Assembly: GCA_951406725.2 (NCBI GenBank)
Contig: OX597833.1
Coordinates: forward strand, 73,222,001-73,286,000
DNA: 64,000 nucleotides
Direction: 5' to 3'
DNA from: Octopus vulgaris
Taxonomy: Eukaryota
Shown here in pieces: positions 49,887 to 62,112 of the stretch; positions within the stretch are counted from its first letter, which is position 1; every line of letters begins with the position of its first letter. Under the pieces are notes generated by a model. It did no database searches and had not been told where the DNA came from. It saw nothing but the letters and a program-made list of their open reading frames with translations. Position numbers and translations under genes: made by a program.

Positions 49887-50625
49887 GTCTAGAGGATTGA
49901 TGTTCTAGAGAGGGAGGGAGGCTGGGCATAGTCAGTGTAGGACTTAGATATATATAGAGAGAGAGTATGACGAAGTGAGGAGGAGGAGGAGAGATGTGTA
50001 AGTCAGGTGGGCATGGATAGAAATAACAAGCATGGAAGAGCAGAGGTCTCAGTGGTGGTGGCAGTAGTAGTAGTAGTAGTGGTAAAGAGAGAGCCTTGAA
50101 TTATATGAAAACTGAAAACAAGAGTGTAATGAGGAATGGCAAGAGGAGAAGGGAGAGGAGCTATAACATTTTTGGATGAAAGACCAAAAAGAAAACATGT
50201 CTCTTAAACATGAGAGAAGGTTTTCTGGAATCTCATTGAAAGTATTTCTAGTGTTGCATCAGTTTGATGAAAAATGATGGTAATAGTTGCTGACCCTCTA
50301 CAAGACTCCGCTACTCAATGACCCCCTGACCTACATACATACAGAGCCATGTAGCAATTATGCATGCACACACACAGACGTTAGTGAGTACTAAACCAAT
50401 CCTTCTTCCACAAAACTGCTATCATCTGGAATTCCATTTCTGGTGACAGTATTTTTTTTTGAAAGGCATCAAACTCTGGAACCCCAAATGAACTTCCACT
50501 GCATCAGCCTTATCTAACTTGGAGGGTTTAGCCTTGTCTCAGTAACCTGGAATCTTGCCAACGATAATGGTGATGCTTTTTTAATACACATTTTATACAT
50601 ATTCACTATTTTGTTTTTCTTTCAG

Positions 50626-52800
50626 GATGACGAAAGCAGAAGAGAATTGTACAGAGAAAAAATTCAGAGATTTCCGAATTTAATGGGAGAATATTTTCAC
50701 TACACCAAAAATCATTGGTTGTCTCTTTACAAAAAACTGGAAAATTCATTAAGTAACGATACTGTGTCTGGTTTAGAAGATGAGATTCACCACAAGAATA
50801 CCTTGGTGTTTATTCAGTGGGAGCTAAATAAGAATATTGAAGCTGAAAGATTAGCCAATGAAGTTCGAGAAACTAATCCAGACAACCTCTTGGCATTAAC
50901 CAATCTTGCATTCATTCATCTGTACAATGAAAATATGAATAAGTTAAAAGAGGTTATGGTTTATCTTAACAATCTTGAAAAAAGAGAAGATTTCCAACAG
51001 ATAGAAGCAGAAGGTAAAATGAATGTTGCTTATTGTTTAAGAAGAATATCATTCAATGATTATGAGAGGGCTATCCTACTTTACAAAGAGGCTTCTAATG
51101 TTTGTCCAGACAATTATTCATGTCTATTTGGTGTAGCTTTGTTACAGTATCGTTGTTTAAGAAAGATCTCTGATGAAGAAAAAAAACGCAAAATTAGTAC
51201 AGAGGCAGTACAGTACTTAGAGAAAATACGATGTGCTTTTCCTCGCTGTATTGACAAGATCCTAATGGGGAAAACGTTAGCATTATTAGCTTTGTTTAAA
51301 TTGAGATTTTCAAGGAAATGTAATATTCTGAAGAATCAGGAATTCAAAGAAAAATATGTTCAAAGAGCTCTTCATTTTGCCCCTGATGACCGTTTTGTTT
51401 TGGAAAAGTGTGCTAAATTTTATAAGACTTTATATAAGTTTGATAAAGCAAAAGAATTGTTTGTAAAAGCAATCGAAATAAATGCAACAGCATTTTCTCA
51501 TCATCATCTTGGATTAACTTATCAAAAAATACATATTCCAGAATTCACATGTTTCACTGCAAAGAAGGAGTTTTCTGTGGAAGAAAATACACTTGGAAAA
51601 CTTATTAAATGTCCTAGAACTATTCCTGAATTGGAAAGGAATGAATTCATTGGCAAAATAGAATATCACTTTAAAGAAGCTCTTAAACTTTCTCCAGAAA
51701 ATGGAGCTGCTCTCTACGATTTGATTTTGTTATATTTGGCTTTGAAAGAATACGAAAATGCCCAGGAGTGTTGTGAACAATTTAAAACAAATATTAAAAT
51801 ACGAGACGTTAGTTTTCATATTTTGTATGGAAGATTATATTTCATACTAGCAGAAGAAGAAAATGATGAAGAGTTAAAACGAGAATTTAGAGACGATGGA
51901 ACAGATAGGTTCTTCCTTGCTATTAAATCTGCTATAGAATTTCTTCCTTTCCAGAAGAAGCTGAAAGACATTTGGGGAATAAAGGATATTATGACTGATG
52001 TGTATGAGCATGGGTATATTGAGTATAATGAAAAACTGTTGGAATTAATTGAGTCAGTAGAGGAACTCCGTGATGATGAAGAACTTTATAATAAACTTCT
52101 CGTGGATTGTGATAAAAGTGAATTATCACGAAAGTTACGAAAACTTTGTAAAAATAAGCAATATTTTAAAGCTTTTCTTTGTCTTAGGTTTTCAGAAGTT
52201 AAGCCCCATGAAGTTGATGTAAAGCTAATGAAACAAATTTATGTAAATTTAGGAAAGCATTTCACAGAAACAGAGCCTGACTGTAGCAAAGAGTTCTTCA
52301 GAAAATGTTATGAGCTTTGTTTTGGATTTGGCTCTGAAACCAATGCTAAACCGGGGTTAGCATGTTCAAAGAATGACATCGTAACTAACTTTCATTATGA
52401 TATCTATATTTTAACATCCCCAAACTCTGAAGAACTGGCTGAAAACATTGGAATGAATCTAGACAAATACTTTGGGTTAAAAGTTACATTTGGTAATCGT
52501 GACTATATATTGGGAAAATATAAAACTGTAAACCTTCGTACCATATTAGAAAACAGTTGCAATATTGGAATTTATTTAGAACATTCAAAGACTATATCAC
52601 CAGAGTTTTTAACCCACACTGAATATGCCAAACAAATCATGGAAGATCGACAACCTAAAATTGGTCAAATTTTTATGATCAGTAACCATGAAGATATAGA
52701 AATTCCAAAACATTTAGAAAGTTTTCCTCAATTGAAATGCCAAAGTGGACACAGAGATGACATTGTGAATATTTTTAATTTTCTTTGCAGTCTATCTTAG
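50626..52800 (+). CDS. TTC22/IFIT-like tetratricopeptide-repeat protein with C-terminal TIR domain, large second exon
   Basis: TTTTTCTTTCAG acceptor, 724 uninterrupted codons. TPR motifs: NPDNLLALTNLAFIH, AILLYKEASNVCPDN, ALHFAPDDRFVLEKCAKFY, AFSHHHLGLTY, FKEALKLSPENGAALYDL. TIR motifs near the C-terminus: HYDIYIL, GLKVTFGNRDYILG, NLRTILENS, SPEF..HTEYA. Confidence 0.9.
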   Translation, partial: DDESRRELYREKIQRFPNLMGEYFHYTKNHWLSLYKKLENSLSNDTVSGLEDEIHHKNTLVFIQWELNKNIEAERLANEVRETNPDNLLALTNLAFIHLYNENMNKLKEVMVYLNNLEKREDFQQIEAEGKMNVAYCLRRISFNDYERAILLYKEASNVCPDNYSCLFGVALLQYRCLRKISDEEKKRKISTEAVQYLEKIRCAFPRCIDKILMGKTLALLALFKLRFSRKCNILKNQEFKEKYVQRALHFAPDDRFVLEKCAKFYKTLYKFDKAKELFVKAIEINATAFSHHHLGLTYQKIHIPEFTCFTAKKEFSVEENTLGKLIKCPRTIPELERNEFIGKIEYHFKEALKLSPENGAALYDLILLYLALKEYENAQECCEQFKTNIKIRDVSFHILYGRLYFILAEEENDEELKREFRDDGTDRFFLAIKSAIEFLPFQKKLKDIWGIKDIMTDVYEHGYIEYNEKLLELIESVEELRDDEELYNKLLVDCDKSELSRKLRKLCKNKQYFKAFLCLRFSEVKPHEVDVKLMKQIYVNLGKHFTETEPDCSKEFFRKCYELCFGFGSETNAKPGLACSKNDIVTNFHYDIYILTSPNSEELAENIGMNLDKYFGLKVTFGNRDYILGKYKTVNLRTILENSCNIGIYLEHSKTISPEFLTHTEYAKQIMEDRQPKIGQIFMISNHEDIEIPKHLESFPQLKCQSGHRDDIVNIFNFLCSLS

Positions 52801-52949
52801 TTTGTTTTTTCATAATTGTGAAGAACATTTTCCTGTGTCTGCTGTATTTTGTCAGTGTCCCACCTGATAGTTACTGCTGTTATTGTGGTGGTTTCTGTGT
52901 CTCTGATGAAGTTGAACATCAGTGACATGTCTTGATAATGTTAATACAG

Positions 52950-54250
52950 CTAAATTTCAAAAGAATAAAGAACTGAATGGCATATCTGACTCTTCTAATA
53001 TCTTCACCATTTTCCTGGTACACAACTAAGCCAACAAAGACTTTCAATAGCATGGCCTTACGTGGACGTAGAAGAAATCGATGGAATAACTGTTTCAGAC
53101 AAAATACATATAAACTCAGCACCGGACCCTGATTGCTTCCCAACAATTCTCCTAAAAATATGTAAAAATCCTCTAACCAAAGTCCTTTAGTTTCTTTCCA
53201 AAATCTTCTGGAGAACATTAAAATTCCCATTAGCAATAAAAAAGCTGTTGTATATTCTTGCCATAAATGAGGATGCAGGACAAACACAAAACATTATAGA
53301 CATGCATCTTTGACTTCATCTACCAGTTAAATCACAGAATTCAGCATCAAACACAAATTGATTCTGTTCCAAGAGTAAAATAACTTGTGTGAAACCCAAT
53401 ATAGATTCTGTCCAAGAACAAATACTGCCACATTAGAATTGGATGTGAAAACAGCTACTTTACCAATCAAAAGTAGAAGGGATGTATTTGGACTTGACAA
53501 AGATGGCCACACAACAATATTCCATGAAATTTGTGACCACCATATTGTCAGAAAGATGGTGAATGGTTTTTTTTAATTTCCTCACTGACAGAAATCTTGT
53601 TTCTACTACCGATGCACCCTTACCTCAGTACCTTTCCAATATTTACATACCTGCATGCAATGAACGGTTAACCATTCTGCAGGTTTCCATAGAGGGGACT
53701 AGTTTTTGTTCTGGGGACATCGTTTGAAACTTCTATATCAGACTTATCCCCAGTTGTCCTCATGAGTTACAGCAAGGGTGCTACGATTGTGAAAGTAGTA
53801 AAAACCTCAAAGTTATTAAAGACACCAAAAGAACTTAAATGCCAAAAGAAATTGCTGTACCAGAGTGAAAAAATAGTGTTGGCCTTGGGAGTTGTAAATG
53901 GATTAAAAAAGACATCCAGGGGTAAATTACAAACGTGATAAATTTGTAAAAAATTAAGGGCGTAGAGCCAATGAATATTCCAAAGAACAGAAGAGATCAG
54001 GCTTAACCGTTGGAAGACATTTGTTTGCAATTGCCTAGATTATATTCCCCAACGATGATGTCCTCATAATACTGTCAAATTCACAACAAAACTGAGACTA
54101 TTTCAAAGGAAATACTCGAAAATCCATTCTCCAGATAAAGTGCTGGCAGAGGTTGAAAGTATATTCCTTGAAATGAAGAAAATTGTAGATATGCAATCGT
54201 TTATACTAAAAATCCTGAAATGCAGCATAAATGTCTATACAGTGCATGAT
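52950..54250 (+). mobile_element. Highly decayed CR1/Jockey-group LINE RT region
   Basis: Relics of 'W..NFLTDR' (~53560-53595), a GVPQG-like segment (~53680-53710) and 'QRKYSK' (~54100). Confidence 0.45.
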
Positions 54251-54696
54251 TGCAGAATTCTAAATGTAGCAACCGAATAAAAAGCTGAGTCTAGAAATAA
54301 TTTAAAGAATGCCAATATATATAATAATAATAATACATATATTTCAAGCAATTCATGACAATATGTTTCTTCGAGAAAGAGTTGCTCCTGGAAACCGAAA
54401 TAAAATTTGGTTTTTGCTGAAGGTGAAAGTTGGTAACAAAAACTGGACATACAACAAACGAAATGAAACAACGAAGACACATAGTGTTCTGAATTGCTCG
54501 AAATATGGAGTGGAGATAAACACCCAACAACTGATGAAGGGTCGTTCTGTATCTTAGTTGTCTTGTCTTCCATTTGTTTCTTTCATTGTTCGCATACCAG
54601 GCTTGCCTTTGTATTTCATGTTGTTTATGTTTTGTGATGTCCTGTACCTATATGTGCATATCTATCTATCCATCTATCTATCTATCTATCTATCTA

Positions 54697-54731
<35 letters not shown>

Positions 54732-55325
54732 CTTTTTCATCGGATCTCCAAAAAATCGAACTTATCTGCGATTCTTGTAAATTTCAATAACAATCTGTTC
54801 CTCTACACGATATGACAGTCACTATGTTTTTACTCAGACTTTCCTCTACATGATATGGCAGTCACTTTGCCTCTTACTCGGATTTTCAGAAATTTTGCAT
54901 GACTGTATCCGAAAATTTCTTCATACAACTTGATCAAATATTCAATATGAGCTATATGTAGACATGCATAAATTCTATAGGTTTAAAACCTTTAATTGGA
55001 TCTCCATGAATCGAACTTTCTTCAATGCAGTTAATCTTACAACCTCTTTTGTATCTACCCCTTTTGATGTTTGGGAATTCTCTGATATTTTTTCGGCTGA
55101 CGAGTACGAGCCATCTGTATTCACTGCATTTTTTGTAGCTTATTAAAGATGTCCTCGTACGAAACGATCGTACCGAGATTTTAATCCATTCTTGTTGCTT
55201 TTTTCCTATTTGTAATCACCCCACTTGTCGTATGGTTAACACCATATAGATATCCGGTGCATCCTAGTTAAGGACCATATTCATGTGAATTCTTTAGAAT
55301 TCACTAGAATCTCAATTACTTAACC

Positions 55326-55369
<44 letters not shown>

Positions 55370-55448
55370 ATATATATATACCAGAGTAAGCACATAAATG
55401 TGAAAGAAGGTGGAAAAAATAGTACTCGAGTACCAGAGGTTGAGGAAT

Positions 55449-55620
55449 ATGCTTTATTAAAAAGCAGCAAAAATATTACAAAAACTGTCACTCGTAGTTT
55501 CATGTTCCTGTTTGCTGGATTGTTTTGTTTAGAATGTAAACAAAACTGTCTGATGAATGGTAACGTGAAACTCTGAGTAACAGTTTTTGTGATATTTTTG
55601 CTGCTTTTTAATAAAGTATA
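55449..55620. repeat. Inverted repeat (Penelope pLTR-type) between (TA)n tracts
   Basis: CTTTATTAAAAAGCAGCAAAAATATTACAAAAACTGT / ACAGTTTTTGTGATATTTTTGCTGCTTTTTAATAAAG. Confidence 0.85.
55542..55587 (+). ncRNA. Minimal hammerhead ribozyme (type I, Penelope type)
   Basis: AAAACTGT-CTGATGA-ATG(GTAA)CGT-GAAAC-TCTGA-GTA-ACAGTTTT. Perfect 8-bp stem I, short stem II, near-palindromic stem III, GUA cleavage triplet. Confidence 0.72.
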
Positions 55621-58479
55621 TACACACACATATATATATTTATATATATATGTATGTATATATGTATGTATATATATGTGTGTGTATATAAAATAAAAGA
55701 AGGAAAATGCACACACTTTATATAGTTCTAATATATGTTTAAATATATTTTATATTGTGGTTATAGTAAGGTTTGGCTTCCCAGTTTCAAAGATTGACAT
55801 AGTTTAAAGTTTCATGTAGTGTGTGGAGAAAAGCATTCCCTGGACAACGTTTGACTCATTGGCCTCAGATGGAATTGAACTTCTATGTCTATTGTGTAGA
55901 CAAGGCAGCAATGTTTTGGAATGTTGTCGTCAGCATCATCATCATCTGCACCAGTTCTTGATATTGTAATTACCTTTCAAAATGAAAATAAGGATTCTCA
56001 TGGTCCTTTACCTCCAGAAAATGACAATCTCGACAACCCATCACCTCAAGACACGTGAATGTGTTTAATTGTAAATTCCAGTTCTTTGCAAGTAGCAGTG
56101 ACGTAATTTTTGTGCAAAAGCCATTAAAATTTCACAGGATATTTCAATTAATGTTTATTCTTTCTCCATTAACCAATTTGTATTGATTTACAGGGAATAT
56201 TTTGAAGTGAAGATGTGGTGTGTTAAGTGTATTCAAACTGAAATACTGTGTCCTTTGATAAAGCCCTTAATCTGATACCATGTAGGTACCACTGCCTGCT
56301 GGTTTCAAGGCAGCCAACCTGTGTATATGATGAATATGTTGATGTTGTTTGCTAAATATTGATAAACAAAACTAAACAAAAAAAGAAAATGATTTGTATT
56401 GTTGTTCAATCTCGTTTATATATTTCTTTCTATTTTACTGAATTGAAAACAAGTTCCAAAAGAAAGGAAAAATTATAGTAAACAACAGTTCATTTTTGTG
56501 GTATGTACTTTAGGTACCCTAGGTGGATTTATATTTCACACTATTCTATATTACTTCACATGAATGTTATAATGAAACAATGTTGAGGATTGCCTGTATG
56601 TCTACAACATGAATTAGGGGTACACTTAACCAATTTTGCAAGTTAGATAGTGGCCTCGCGGTTACCGGTGCAATAACAAAAGCACCCACTACACTCTACA
56701 AAGTGGTTGGTGTTAGCAGTTCCTGTCTAACCGTTTAACCCATGCCAGTATGGAAAACAGGTGTTAAATGATGACGACTTTCCTCCAGTGGAAAAGAACA
56801 TAACTGACAAAAGCAAATAGTAAGAAAAATGAGAAAGAGAAAAGAAATCAGTGAATAACCAGGGGTATACAGACACCCCACTCAAATATAACACATGCTA
56901 GAAACAACCAGGTGACTTCCCAAACACCATCTGATGTTTGAAGTAGGACACTAACAAAGTCAAAGACCTTGTCTGTTATCCGCAGACCCTAGAATGTCTC
57001 AAAAGCCACAGATTGGAAAATACAATCTAGCAGATTCTACAAAATATTTCAGTGTTTCACTTCATTTATTTACTGTTGCAGTAACTCCATCCATCATCTC
57101 TGCTGTGGCATTAAGGATGTGCCACAGAACAGATGAGTTACAAACGATGCTGAGCCATATGAGTCATCTGCCTTGAAATCAGGAATTTAAAAATGTGCAA
57201 AAAATGGTTTTGATTTGGTAAACTAACTGTATCCATTCCATCTTTAGTAATAAAACATTTGAATTATCAATAAATTAGGGGTTTATTCTCAACTTCAAAT
57301 AACGAAGGACTACACTGATATTAGTTAATAGATAACACAAAGCGCGTGCACACACACACACAAAACTAGCTTTTCTTCGGACAAGGACATCAGCAAGAGA
57401 GAGAGAGATGAAGTTAATAGATGTGGACATCCAGAAATGGGAGGAGGTTGCAAATGACTGCCCATACTGGAGCCAAAAACTGCAAAAAGAGAATGAAGTG
57501 AGGGGAAGAGAACCTGGAACTTACCACAACGGATCAATAGTGATGGCAGAGGGCTTCTTCGAATGCAACCATTGTCTGTGTGACTGCCACTCGCATGTAA
57601 GCCTGTACAGCCACCACAGCAGATGTGGCACCACTATCAACAGCTAACACAAATTCTCAGGCACACATCCGTGGTCCCTTGAAATCAACGGATGCCTACT
57701 GCAGTGGGAGCACAGAAGCTATTGACCCGTCCACACTTGTTAGTTTGAGAAAGTGAAACTGGTACATTTAAAAAGTATTATTTGTTCGTTCTAAACAGTA
57801 TTGAACTGCTACAGTAACTGACCATGTCAAAACTCGTTACAAATGTACACTACACGTACTTCAATTAGTTATATGTGCATGAATGGAGGTTAAGTGTGCG
57901 GGCTTTGATAATTAACACTTCGTTGGAATTTCCCAGTAGTTTGGCTGGCTGCATGTGAAGACAAGAGGGACCAAATATTAATATATTTCAGTTTTCATAT
58001 ATTTTTTACATCGCCGGCATCGTTAGTGATTAAATGTCTTCATGGAAATAATTGAATGCAATAACATGAAGCAAGGAGCTTGGTGGTTAGAGATCTTCTG
58101 TAATATAACTTAGTACATAATATAAAGAAAGTAGTTCATAGTTATTGAAGAGGAAATACGTAGAAAGTGTTTAAACTATTTTACGTAAGTAATGTGTTTG
58201 TGATACAATGGAACAATGGAAGATTGGTGCCTTTTGTTAAACATGACAAATATTTAAAATAAGAAAAAGTAAAAGTAGGTGACACAAATGCTGTTTTTAT
58301 TTGAATGTACATTAGTTCTGCCCACGTATATTTTGCTCGTGAATTTATTTGAAAAAAAAAAAAAACCCGGCTTGGACCTTTTCTGTTTCCCTTCACTTTT
58401 TGAAATTTTAAAATTAAGTGAAAATGTTCAAATTTGGTATATTAGACACCTTTGAGATTAGACCCGAGGAGTGTCGTTA

Positions 58480-58840
58480 GTTTTAACTAGTTTAATGCCC
58501 CATTTGTATATACTCTGTTGTCAGTGTTTACTGAAGTTGAGAAAAGTTATACACGGTTAACGAGCCGACTGCTTCCATACCATTCCTTACATGTGGTAAG
58601 AAAAATACAAGAAAAGGATTCATATGGATCGTTGATGTGAAGTTTGGAAATCTGGTATCCAAGATACACGTTTAACTTCGTACCTGTTATTGTCGGTGCT
58701 CCAGGTTATATCGCAACCAGACTGGACCAAAGTATCACTTGGATTCGTGAAGGAGGAACATGGCTCCTTAATTCATAAGCTTCAAAAGACTGCGACAACT
58801 GGAACCTTCAAAATTTGTTAAACATTCTGATGATACAAAG
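58480..58840 (+). mobile_element. RLE-type LINE C-terminal relic
   Basis: YPRYTFNFVPVIVGA.GYI...LIHKLQKTATTGTFKIC matches the restriction-like endonuclease C-terminus of R4-type elements. Confidence 0.55.
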
Positions 58841-59279
58841 GATGACCATTTACACAAGAGACGACAACAATTTCCTTTTCTTTACTCCCCTTGTCACTGG
58901 TGACAATTAAACTAAAAATTAAGAGAAAAGGAGTAGACACACACACACGCACACACATACACATGTATGTGTATGTGTGGTTATATATATGTATATATTA
59001 AGTCAAAGCCATTTAGATGGGGGTTTTCTGGTGAAATATACAAGATTTCATTTCCCGTTTCAGGTAGTTATTCCTTATACTTTAGTTCCTTCTCCCTTAA
59101 TTTGATTTTTTTGTTTATAAAAGTGGTTTGTTTCCCATATAAGCCTGCATATAAAAAAGAGATAACTTTCTGGATAAGGATCTTGGTGTGTGTGTGGGGG
59201 GGGAAGCCACACACACACACACATACAACAGCATTAACAGTGAAGCCAAACAGCTAACAATCTGGGTACAGCTGACATG

Positions 59280-60280
59280 GTAGAAAGTTAAAACCAAGAA
59301 GAATGCTTTTATCACCATTATACACCATAAACCAGACTTTGTCTCTCACAGCAAGTGCCACCTGATCAACCCAGCCAAATTAGAGGTTGGTCTGGTGTGC
59401 AAACACATACTAAGAAAACTCAACGATCACACAAGGTGGGGCTTCCAATCTCTCCTTATGGCGGAGCACCAATGAAGTAATTTCATGGGATAAAACCAAC
59501 CAGGCTAGAGGCAGGGCAAGGTTCACCCAATTCGATACAGTCGATTTTACCTGCCTATATTGAAAAGGCGGCTGGTAAAGGTATTTACTTTTGCTAAGGG
59601 CTTCATTGACATTAATGATAGGGACATTGGTGCAGTTATGCAGGCCAGAGAAGCACTGCTGTTTAAAAAATTGATTCAGGGGACTCTTTTGATGTAGTGA
59701 TGGGAGCCTACGACAGCGTGGACATATGCAACATTATAGGGCTATATATTTTAGACACCTTAAAGAAAAGCTTCCTATCCATTCTCTTTGGTCTCTATAG
59801 AGATGATGCTCTAGAGGAGCTAATGGGCATACTCTTGATAGGATTAGGAAGGACCTAACTAGCACCCTTAGCTCCATGGGGCTCAAGATAACACTAGAGA
59901 CCAAACTCACCATTGTAAACTTTTTAGACGCTACATTAGATCTGAGCTCCTGTTCTTACAAACCCTACTATAAAACAAATGAGACGCTGTGCTCCATTAA
60001 AACAAACTCCTGTCACCTGCCTATCGTGTTCAACAACCTAGTGAAGGATGTTGGCAAGGGAATCTCGAATTTGTCCTCAAGTCAAGAGATTTTCGATGCT
60101 GCAGCCCCATAATACAAAAACGCTCTAGCTTCCAGTGGGTTTCAGGAACACATCTATATGCCAGGCCCTGGCACCCCTACCCTTGTCTCTAAATGTTAAA
60201 ACCTGTGTGAGAAGAATATTCCTTACATTGGTGGACAAACACTTCACACAGTCACCCAGATGCAGACGTTTTGTTTAGTT
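59280..60280 (+). mobile_element. Penelope-like reverse transcriptase relic
   Basis: FTQFDTVDF, FDVVMGAYDSVDICNIIGLYIL, GLYRDDAL, GLKITLETKLTIVNFLDATLDL...YKPYYK, ISNLSSSQEIFDAAAP. Confidence 0.88.
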
Positions 60281-60519
60281 AATGCAACTTCAGTTTAATT
60301 GCTTATAAATAAATAACACATATCCAGGGGCTTGAAAAAGCAGGTCTATATACATATCAATAGAAAGGAAGAAATATCTGGAAATATATATATTCTGTTT
60401 GTTACACTTTTGCAATAATTCAGTGAAAAGGAATATATTTTACAAAAGAAAAAAAAAAAAGAGAGAAAACAAGAAGAAAAACACCAATGCAATGCCAAGT
60501 GCTTCAATTGGTCTCACAC

Positions 60520-61620
60520 CACAAGGTTCAAAGGAACCTATTGAAGCGAGCCAACATACTTGCAGCATTACCACAGGCGATGGCGAGGATAAGGCGTTGG
60601 AACAGCCAAGCACCCTCACAGGCATCATCTGATACCTTGGTAAGGCAAGCTGCGAACGATGACAAGAACTTTGCCATTAGCAGCCCAGACCCTCCAAATG
60701 TCTCCAACACCACAAGCTGGAAGAGACAGTTCACCGATAGGTCGCTACACTTAAAGATTTTCTTCCATTCAGCTATGGAAGCAGTGATCGTCCCATTTAC
60801 TGCAGCATCCAGGATGTGGGAGGAAGCAAAGGAGTCAGACTATGGCGTCCCAATTGAGACACCTACCTTTTACCCAGGGACAGAGAGTAAGACCATTTGG
60901 ACTTTTCTCATCACTTCTGGATAATCCAGACAGCTCTAAAACTAATGGGATAGTAACCCAAGCTAGGACCCACTGAATGATTAAGTTTAGCATGGTGTGA
61001 TGTGCAAAATGGCCAGCATTTACATGGCAAGACAAACTGTGAAGACTTGTGAAATTGAGGAACCTACCACAATGACATCTCTGTCCCCTACAGACAGCAG
61101 CTCCCATTCTGAGTGTGATGGAGATGTGGAGCTCATCTAGACTGGATAGATCTCCAATGTTGGCCACAGACAGAGCATCAATCAAGTCCCCTGGAAATTT
61201 TGCAGTAGCAGAAAGTAGGTGACGCCTTGAAAATTGATTAGATTGATCAAGGAGAGAGTTTAAAAAGTAGCACCCGAGTGCAGATTGCGCCATACTCTCT
61301 GTTTCTGTCTATCATCAACTGTAACAAGAACCGAGAAACCTAATTCTCTCCATTGCAACAAAGCTTTATCCATCTCCCTGTAGGAACTAGTCCATGTTAG
61401 AGAGGAGAGTATGTTGCTTACTAAAGGGGATCAAATGTGGGTGGAGGAAAGAAAACAGAGAAGAGATAGAGACAAGCACTTGTGCAGACCTAGACCCCCA
61501 AGCAATTTGAGCAAAGCGGCCTGGTTGTGGGATTCTGGAGAGAGTCTGACCTTGATCAAGCATTCGAGTTTGCTGAAGGTTAGGCCGTCAAAGCATTAGA
61601 GAGACTACGTGCACGCCCAA
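60520..61620 (-). mobile_element. CRE-like non-LTR retrotransposon 3' region (Zn-knuckle + RLE)
   Basis: LRMGAAVC..QRCHCG..LHSLSC..AGHFAHH..LN; ELSGLSRSDEKSPNGLTLCPWVKGRCLNWD (decayed RPDG); ETFGGSG; LFQRLILAIACGNAASML. Confidence 0.8.
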
Positions 61621-61859
61621 CATTAAGAAAATTTTAGTGAGCATCCGTAAGCTGCAGGTTGTTCATGTAGGGTGTACAATGACTACCCAGTGGGGTGGGG
61701 TGGGGGTCGATGTGGTGGTCGTATATGAGGCTGAAGTAGTAACTGCCACTGGTAGCCAGAGTAACAGCCTAAAGAGCAGCAGTACAGCTGATAACAGCAA
61801 TGACAACAATAATAGCGGCTACAGTGATGGTGACAGTAGCATTTCAAGCTGATAGACAT

Positions 61860-62070
61860 TGACTGAAGCATCTAGGACAAGATAATTTCTCAGTGATGGT
61901 CATCCTCATCTGTGTGTTGAGAGCCACACTGTACGTATGTATATATGTATGCCGTTATTTAGTTTTATTTTTTCAAGATTTCATGCCGAAAGATCCAGGG
62001 CTCCTTCATTGGACTTTCAACAATATCAACAGGATATGTATTTATGTATGTATGCTTGCATGCATGCATG

Positions 62071-62112
<42 letters not shown>

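Noticed and set aside
50611-50625. TTG start of the 729-aa ORF
   Set aside because: This is the polypyrimidine tract/AG acceptor; the likelier start is the ATG at 44097.
54520-54600. CTGATGAAG hammerhead candidate
   Set aside because: No downstream GAAA box or closing stems; same for CTGAAGA at ~22605 and CTGATGA at ~52903.
55812-55973. Possible terminal exon on the - strand (VITISRTGADDDDADDNIPKHCC...)
   Set aside because: Plausible acceptor and 53 open codons, but no recognisable homology or upstream exons. Unsupported without RNA-seq.
58525-58595. Apparent AG...GTAAG exon
   Set aside because: Lies within a decayed RLE-type LINE relic, with no partner exons.
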